This document shows positions 55,009-64,000 of a stretch of DNA of 64,000 bases, one piece after another. Position 1 is the first letter of the stretch. Each line of letters starts with the position of its first letter. Source of the stretch: Eledone cirrhosa (lineage: Eukaryota); assembly GCA_964016885.1 (NCBI GenBank), contig OZ024745.1, forward strand, positions 128,464,001-128,528,000. Direction: 5' to 3'. The translations under genes were made by a program, and so were the position numbers. The notes beneath the pieces are model-generated. The model did not search any database. It had not been told where the DNA came from and saw only the letters and a list, made by a program, of their open reading frames with translations.

Positions 55009-55352
55009 TTAGATAATCATTATTGTAAGTAAAAAGCTTGGTGCTGGAAAGCCATTCAAGAATACCTAAGGTTTGATAGCAGGAGTTGGCGCCAGATATA
55101 TCGCTTTATTTTCTCTGAACCCTACTAATAAGGCCGAAAGGAGAATTTATGACGCCTAAGGAACTTTGGATGTTCATAGGCAAATAAAAGTAAATGCCTC
55201 ACAACCTTGCACCACCGAGATAACGCTGCAGCCAGGTGCAGATTTTTGTCTATTTAGACAGATGGAGGACCGACGTTATGTAAATAATTCACTGTGTATG
55301 TTAATGTATATATAATAACTATGTATGCAATTAAGTAGCTATTTATGTATGA

Positions 55353-55435
<83 letters not shown>

Positions 55436-55497
55436 AGTGTGTATGCGTGCGTATGTAGTATGAATGTATATATATATATATATATATAAGTATAAAT

Positions 55498-55532
<35 letters not shown>

Positions 55533-55543
55533 AGTATAAATAT

Positions 55544-55619
<76 letters not shown>

Positions 55620-56125
55620 TATATATGTCTCTTTTTAGAAAGACATGAAAAACGGAAAAAAGTAAAAGCTTTCACACACGCGCACGCACAGACACACGCA
55701 CGATCATTCACACGTGTGCACACATACACATGCACACATATACGCATATGTGTGCGTGTGTGTGCGTTCATAAAACAATGCGTTTAATAAGGATACGTCC
55801 CAAAACATTAAAGTGCTCATTACGCGCATCTGGAGCGTTTACAATATCGAGCGCGCGCGCGCGGCGCGTGTGTGTGTCTGCGTGTGTATGTGTGCATGTG
55901 TGTCTGTTAATTTCACTACTTCCTTTGACAAGATCTACTACGGAATTTTATATCAGAAGCACAACAATATTGCTATAAAAGAGGGAAGCTGAACATTCTT
56001 GTTTGATTTCTTTGAAAAACCAAAGTAAGATAGTTTGGGCCAAGGGAGATAAATACATGCGGGGAATTTGTGGTCATAGGTGGAATACTGAAAAGTACAG
56101 TTCTATGCCGCCTTTTGTTCCATAT

Positions 56126-56312
56126 AATTGTTTCTACGTTAGGCACAAGGCCAGCAATTACCCAGTGCATTACTGGTACTTTATTTTATCGACCCCGTAA
56201 GGATGAAAGGCAAAGTGAACCACGGCGGGATTTGAACTCAGAATGGAAAGGGCCGTAACTCTATACGTCAAAGCATAGCGTCCGACCCTCTACCAATACT
56301 GCCATTCCACCG
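56126..56312 (-). mobile_element. Full-length dominant SINE with ~20-bp TSD
   Basis: Flanks CGCCTTTTGTTCCATATAAT / CGTCTTTTGTTTCATATAAT. Confidence 0.88.
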
Positions 56313-57100
56313 TCTTTTGTTTCATATAATGTGGTGAAAAGGGAGCCGTAACTCCCGAGGAAGTTGCAGAGGCATCGTATTAATACAAGGCGTTTCTAAG
56401 GCATTTTATTAAATCTGGTGGAGCCCATCGACACCAGATGGCGTAGCCGATCCCTCTCCAGGTCTAAATACAACAGATTGCTTCCAGAGAAGGATAGAGA
56501 GAGTGGGAGAATGAAAGTGAGAAAGATATATAGAGGAAGAATGAACCTTGGTATTGGACTGGTACTTTTTTATCGACCTTAAATGGATAAAAGGCAAATT
56601 TGACTAAGCTGGGATTTGAACTCAGAAAGTAAAGAGCCGGAATGAATACCACAAAGTATTTTATCTGGCGTTCTAACGACACTGCCAATTTACCACATAA
56701 TGTTGTAGAACATAGGCACAAATATACACATGCATCTATGTATCGAATTATCCATGTATGTATAAAGTTGATAAAGGAAGATATTTACGTAAAAATAGAG
56801 AACTAGCAACCAGCTTAAATTTGTAAAATTGACTGCCGTTACACGCCTGCCGCTATTATAAAGATTAGTAATCGACCACAAACATCCTGGAGAGTCGCAG
56901 ATAGATCGCCACATCCGTCACACATGAAATGACTAGTCGACTATCTACAACTGCTATTTCTATTTCCTACTCCAATATCACCACAAAATAGGATAGTTCC
57001 TATCTACTTATAGAAAAGTAGATACTAACCATCCCGTTGCGTGCAACCATGTTATAGGTTTAATTATATAGTTAATTACTTTCATATCATTATCACACAA

Positions 57101-57141
<41 letters not shown>

Positions 57142-57536
57142 AAGGATAACAAAATATCTTTAAAGGTAATCCAATTAGAGGTTGGGAATACTTATTATGG
57201 ATAGTTTTAGCGTACGGCGTTGAAACAATTGTTAGACTGCAAATAAATCCCCTTTTTTGTACTGTTGACCATGTTATTCTCCACTTTTTCAATTTTATAT
57301 ATATATATTTATTAAAATAACAGATTAAAGTTTAAGCAAAGAATCGCTGCTTTCACCCTTAACGAGATCTTCTGAAAGTTTTAGAAGATCCCGTTAAGGG
57401 TGAAGTCAGCGATTTTTTGCTTAAACTTTAATCTGTAATTTTAATAAATATTTGCTCTACGGTTCTTATATATTTGATATATATTTATCCTTATCGAGCC
57501 CTCTTTGGATTTTAGTCTTCAAATTTATTATTATTG

Positions 57537-57660
<124 letters not shown>

Positions 57661-58169
57661 AGGGAATAAGTTTCTCTACAAAACAGTGGCTATAGAGTAA
57701 AGGTGGAATTGTAAATATATATTTAAGGAGCTGTTTTTCTTTTTTTTCTTCTTTGATTCGTCAAAGTGACAATATTGTGAACGCTGAATGGTAAGAGATT
57801 TGAATTCACAATCGTGAGGTTGTGAGTTCGATTCCCGGACCGGGCGATGAGTTATGTCCTTGAGCTTTATTTCACTTTATTTCACGTTGCTCCTTCTACC
57901 TGAAGCTGCGACCGATAGATAGTATTAGCAATTGGAAAGACTAATGGAAACACTGTTTCCTCAATCCGATTTGACAAAAGTCGGTTGACTGTCGATATAT
58001 ATTTATATGTGAGAGAATATGCTCCGAAATCATTAGACGTGTTCGTCGAGCCTGCGGGTCCAGAATCAGACAGATCCACACAGTGATCGCGTCTCGAGCT
58101 GTCCGCCGGGGAAACAGTTGTGGCGCACAATAGATTGAGTTCGAATGCATCACTGATTGTTCATTTTCT

Positions 58170-58227
<58 letters not shown>

Positions 58228-58562
58228 CATATACATATGTATATATATATATATATATATATTAGGTATAGGATTACCCAAGATGTAGTAATGGTTAATT
58301 ACTACACTGGATATGGTTGACGTACGGTGAGAGGTTACTCTACGAGTTATGGAAGAATTGTTGAAGAAACTTAGTTCCTGATCCTTCTGTATTCCGGAGT
58401 GTATATAAAGAGGATACAGTGGTCACAGCATTGGATATTTGAGTTCTGCAAATTCTTGTAAATTTGTACATAGCATAACTAGGCTGTAGTACCACCGTGG
58501 AAACATTTGTAAGCACACGGAATAAATTACCTTTTTATGATGTCTACCTGTTATTATTCATT

Positions 58563-58638
<76 letters not shown>

Positions 58639-58917
58639 CTTCATTGAGCCACACCGTGAATGGTTGCCAAAAACATATATATGTATCTATGACTTTGTCT
58701 AGTTTATATGTATATACCCTTTAAATTTTATATACTCCCGTAAGGTTGAGTAAAACTTTAGGCAGTATTCGGCTGCGTTTTCTACCAACCAGCCTACTCA
58801 CCGACAGGCGCCAATCACAAACTTTCTGCCTTGACCACTGACCACGTGATGATTCTTAGCCATTTTGAATTCGTTTCTGGAGGGGATCATGGTAGAAAAA
58901 TCTTTGTCCAATAGAGT

Positions 58918-59004
58918 TATCTCCTGATGAGTTCCAAACCTTGTTGATTTATCCAAGATCGGATATATCCAAAAAGAAAACGAAACCGCCGGGTGGTAGA
59001 GATA
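58918..59004 (+). ncRNA. Type I hammerhead ribozyme with full stem III and large stem II insertion
   Basis: TATCTC-CTGATGA-GTT...AAC-GAAA-CCGC-CGG-GTGG-TA-GAGATA. Confidence 0.8.
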
Positions 59005-59268
59005 TTATGAAGATTTTGGTAAAGTTTATGTACATTTTTTCTTCTAACTTTGATTTTGTACCTAATTATGTGTAGTTAACTATATGTCTAGTCAATTTCT
59101 CCAGGCTAATAGAAATGTTAGATAATTTTTTGTAGCTGTGAGTCGCGGATAAGAAGCTATATCATTTATTTATTGTTTCTTCGTGAGTACATTTAAAACT
59201 TATAGCCTCGTTTAAATGAATTTTTGGTGTGGTTGATTTATACTGATTGGGAGGGGAAATACTGTATA

Positions 59269-59333
59269 TATTTTATCTGATGAAAGCACACCATAATTTA
59301 ACTTGGTGTCCTTGAAATATGTATAATGAAATA
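59269..59333 (+). ncRNA. Hammerhead ribozyme (family J)
   Basis: TATTTTAT-CTGATGA-AAG.ACACCA...TGGTGT.CTT-GAAA-TATGTA-TA-ATGAAATA. Confidence 0.8.
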
Positions 59334-60111
59334 AATATGGTTTTATAAATATAGTTTCCATTTGTTAATATCGTATATATATATATATATATATATATAG
59401 GAAAAGAGTCAGGACCCTGACGTCTGAGCTCCGGCCATTTCAACAGGTAGGTCTGAATCTAGCTGTCGAAACGGACTTCCAACAAATTAAATACCACTTC
59501 TACTTATATATATATATATCGCATTCTCCGAAGATCTGACTGGTTATAATTCTGTATTGGCGATCGAGTGACGCAAAATTAGGCGGATAGCGATCTCTAG
59601 ACATACCAGTTCAGTGAAACAAATGTAAGCTATGTGATTAAAAACTTTTTTGTATAGCAAACCATGTAAACCTTCTTTCCTGATTTATTATTACTCCAAG
59701 TGTTTACAACATAGGAATTACAGCATACCCGCAGCATCACTATGAAAACGCCTTGTTGAGTCAAACCAAGCCAAGCGTTAATATCATCCACTACCTGGAA
59801 TACCATAACTGGACTTCACCTAAGTGGACTGCATTTAACTATTATTTGTTAATCCGTATATATATATATATATATATAATTGTGAGGTTATGGATTTGAT
59901 TCTCGTACCGGGCTTTGCGTTGTGTTCGCGTTGCTCCAGTTTACTCAGCTGTAGAAATGAGTATCAGCCATTGCTTTTTCCTTGGACAACATCGGTGGTG
60001 AGGAGGGAAGGGCATACATGGGTGACTACTGGTCTTCCACAAACAACCTTGCCTGGACTTGTGTCTCGGATGGGAACTTTCTAGGTGCAGATCCAATGGT
60101 CATTCGTGGGT

Positions 60112-60184
<73 letters not shown>

Positions 60185-60187
60185 AAA

Positions 60188-60264
<77 letters not shown>

Positions 60265-60265
<1 letters not shown>

Positions 60266-60608
60266 AGCAAAGGGATATTTAATTTGTTGGTAATTCAACA
60301 AATATATTTATAACAGATTCAAAGCACTCGATAGGTTTTCTGGAGTATAATATCAATGATATTAATAAATGGAAACTATATTTATAAAACAATATTTATT
60401 CTATTATATATTATATATTTATTCTATTATATCTAGGTGAAACTTGAACCGTTAAGGTCTCATTCGTTGATATGTCAATATTTATAAAACAACTTTTGTA
60501 TTTTATCTGATGAGAGCATACCAAAGTTTTGTTACCCTTGAAATCTTGAAATATATATAATAGAATAAATATGGTTTTATAAATATAGTTTCCATTTATT
60601 AATATCAT

Positions 60609-60610
<2 letters not shown>
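60265..60610. mobile_element. Fold-back element family J with HHR at 60499-60567
   Basis: Same outer termini as 13614-13980 and 43922-44330, different central junction. Confidence 0.85.
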
Positions 60611-60700
<90 letters not shown>

Positions 60701-61021
60701 GGTTTGGTTTTTTATACAATCGACAAGATCCCAGACCTCACTCGCTTGCCGAGTTGAGTGGATCTCGTAAAATCGGTTCAAGAAAACAATGTTTCCACAC
60801 ACACACACACACACATTTATATATATATATATATATGTGTATGTGTGTGTATGTGTGTGTGAATACTTTACTCCGTTCCTGCACCACCCACTGGTAACCA
60901 CATAATATTAGCAATGGAAAGACCAATGTGTAAACGGTAAACAGAAATAACAACACAATCGGTACAATATATGGAAGGAATATATAAGATTAACGCTTGA
61001 AATAGCAGGAAAGGAAGAGAG

Positions 61022-61057
61022 TCTTAACGTTTCGGACGCTAGCCCTTCATCAGAAGA
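61022..61057 (-). ncRNA. Intact minimal hammerhead ribozyme (family F)
   Basis: Reverse complement TCTT-CTGATGA-A-GGGC-TAGC-GTCC-GAAA-CG-TT-AAGA. Confidence 0.82.
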
Positions 61058-61746
61058 AGAAAGAATGAGGAATTAGAAAGATTGATGGGGTGGAATTGGG
61101 TATGTATGTATGTTTGTATATATAGGTGTAGGGGTGTTCATATAGCATAGATATATATTAACGAACACGGGTGGCGGGCTTTACATTTTACATATAGTAT
61201 AAAACTGTAGGCGTTTTAGATATGTAAATTGAGATTATATACGGAGACAGAAAAATAAAAAATAATAATACCGCAGACAGCGTATGTACCGTTATATGTA
61301 TTCATAAGATTGCAGACCAACAGACGGAGCTAGAGAATGTAATGAGTTGAAAACCATTCCAAAGGGTTACTCGCTATTTGCTATACCCGTTAAAACATCC
61401 TGGTTTCGCTCTAGTAATTTTAATATCTTGGGACGTCTTTGAGCCCTCCGCCTTGTTTTCTTCTTTGCTTGCTGTCTGGTGTATGTGTGTGTGTGTGTCT
61501 GTGTGTGTCTGTGTTTGTGTGCTTACAAAGAGAGAGAGAGAGAGAGAGAGTGAGAGAGAGAGAGAGAAATATGGTTAAATAAATATATGTAAATATATAA
61601 CATATTAAATATATAGTAAATATATAACATATATTGAATATGTATATATATACATATATATATATATACGTACACACACACATATATATATACTCACATA
61701 TAATATATACATATACATATATATGCATATATATATACCTCCACTA

Positions 61747-61780
<34 letters not shown>

Positions 61781-61816
61781 CGGGGTTATAAATTCAAGCA
61801 CATATTTATATGCTTG

Positions 61817-61855
<39 letters not shown>

Positions 61856-62087
61856 ACACATATATATATGTGTGTGTGTGTGTGTACACATATATATGTG
61901 TGTATGTGTATGTATGTGTGTATGTGTGTGTCAATAGAGTTAATGCATGTATACAAATATATTTACTATATATAGTTGTGAGAATATAGAGGAACAGATT
62001 AAGAACAAATGATGCGCTACACGCAGCCAAACAATGGTGCCGCTTCTTTCGACCCTTCTACTGTCTAACTGACAAGACATTAAGACA

Positions 62088-62275
62088 TAATTGTTTCTAC
62101 GTTAGGCACAAGGCCAGCAAATTACCGAGTGCATTACTGGTACTTTATTTTATCGACCCCGTAAGGATGAAAGGCAAAGTTAACCTTGGCGGGATTTGAA
62201 CTCAGAAAGGCAAGGGCCGTAACTCTATACGTCAAAGCATGGCGTCCGACCCTCTACCGATACTGCCAATCCACC
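62088..62275 (-). mobile_element. Full-length dominant SINE
   Basis: All motifs present; flanked by AGACATAA direct repeats. Confidence 0.88.
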
Positions 62276-63161
62276 AGACATAATAAGTACTGAATATAAA
62301 ATAATAACTAAAAAATTGCAGTATTCTTCCAGCCACCCTCCAGGTCAAACCCCGAAACTATATTCAATATAAATTGTGAGTGTGTTTTTGTTTTTCTTTA
62401 ATTTTATCTATTTAACACGAAACAGCATTAAGTAGTATAAGCTGATTATATACTTATTTATAACTAGGACAGCAGAAAATAAATGCAAATTTTCAACATT
62501 TTTGTAGGTCCCTGGTGCAGTTGCACCATATGCAAATAAGACACTGGAGAAAATTCTTAAGTGTCTCCTTTGCCTAGATTTTCTACTCTCGGGTCATGAA
62601 TAATAGTGCTCCCACCCACACCCACTTATTATTTTTTTTAAAGATTTTTTTTCAAATCAACCCCGCTTTTATTCCCCCACCCCACCCCGTTTATTAAATT
62701 TTTGCTAATCTATCTCTGGCGAAATTTTATTTTAAGTGGTAGCATTCCTGCGACAATTAATTTTCTTTAGACCTTAAAAAACATTATACATTACAAACAA
62801 TCTACATTACTAGGAATCCTACCTAAGCACGTCACTCCGGATGCAAGAATGCTTACTTGCCTACCCTAGCCATTCTAATAAACACTTTCTTGTTTAACCT
62901 TCCAACACCCTCTTTCTTAATAAAAGACTAACGTCCGATATGTTGAGACATTCATTTTTCTTTTCCGTTTCCAACAAGTGTGAAACTAATAAAATTTTGT
63001 GAAATTGCCAATCTGTGTTTATCTTGTTTTGATCTTGAATTCTATATACACATACACATATACATAGATACATACATACATACATATATATATATATAGA
63101 GAGAGAGGGGGGGGGGGAGAAGAAGAAGAAGAAGAAGAAGAAGAAGAAGAAGAAGAAGAAG

Positions 63162-63407
63162 AAAGTGGAGGTGTTACATAGAAGATTGATTGCTCAATCC
63201 TGGTCACAAATGTTTCTCAGGCAGCTGGTTCATGATCTGGGATGGTACCCCAGACTAGACTCCGAGTCTGGCTGCTTCGTCCACAGATTTGATGTGATTT
63301 TTCTTGTGTTAACACTAGTCTGTGGTTCGGACAGACTTGGAATCTGGTCTGGGAAACATTTGTAACCAGGATTAAGCAATAAATCTCATATGTAACATCT
63401 CCACTTT
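63162..63407. mobile_element. Inverted-repeat element next to (GAA)n
   Basis: ~58-bp arms AAAGTGGAGGTGTTACATA..TCCTGGTCACAAATGTTTCTCAG / CTGGGAAACATTTGTAACCAGG..TATGTAACATCTCCACTTT. Confidence 0.75.
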
Positions 63408-63731
63408 GTTCTTATTGTATACACTCTACTCTGGGTCGAGTGCTGGCTTTGGTACTCTCATCAATTTTCTTCGGACTTACTGAACCTTCTGCATATAAAT
63501 TTATACCGACAGTCGAACGACTTTCATCAAATCGGACCCAGGAAATAATGTCTCCGTTGGTCTTTCCAATTGCTAATATTATCTATATGTCTATCTAACG
63601 TGAAATAAAATGTCTTGCTCAAGGACATAACGCATCGCTCGGTCCACGAATCAGTCTCACAACCTCACGATTGCTAATTCAATTCTCTAACCACTCAGCG
63701 ACGCGTCTTTATATATATGTATATATATATT

Positions 63732-64000
<269 letters not shown>

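Noticed and set aside
58000-58135. GC-rich possible exon (EYAPKSLDVFVEPAGP...)
   Set aside because: In-frame stop, no convincing splice sites, no recognisable domain.

Overview
Eukaryotic, AT-rich, microsatellite-saturated intronic/intergenic DNA. The SINE families and the (TA)n/(CA)n/(CATA)n load are consistent with a cephalopod (Octopus-like) genome; this is an inference. Almost all ORFs in the track are translations of simple repeats. Recognisable coding remnants are all retroelements: a 5'-truncated Neptune-like Penelope-like element (PLE; RT + GIY-YIG, ~5120-6945, -), a Naiad-like PLE 3' end (~48125-49375, -), a Tx1-like LINE 3' end, several RTE fragments, R4/Dong-like restriction-like-endonuclease LINE fragments and CRE-like fragments. 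There are also about 25 tRNA-derived SINE copies from three families, two MITEs and several minisatellites. The main signal, read by eye, is about 20 minimal type I hammerhead ribozyme (HHR) motifs in 64 kb (CUGANGA-stem II-GAAA-palindromic stem III-UH) from about 10 unrelated sequence families. Nearly all sit in 150-500 bp islands inserted in (TA)n. Many islands are head-to-head fold-backs with family-fixed outer ends but copy-specific central junctions at or near the ribozyme; others are tandem 320-470 bp retrozyme-like units. No confidently identifiable host gene was found; a few weak exon candidates and an ETS/YY1-rich promoter-like patch are noted. Coordinates were read manually and may be off by a few bases.
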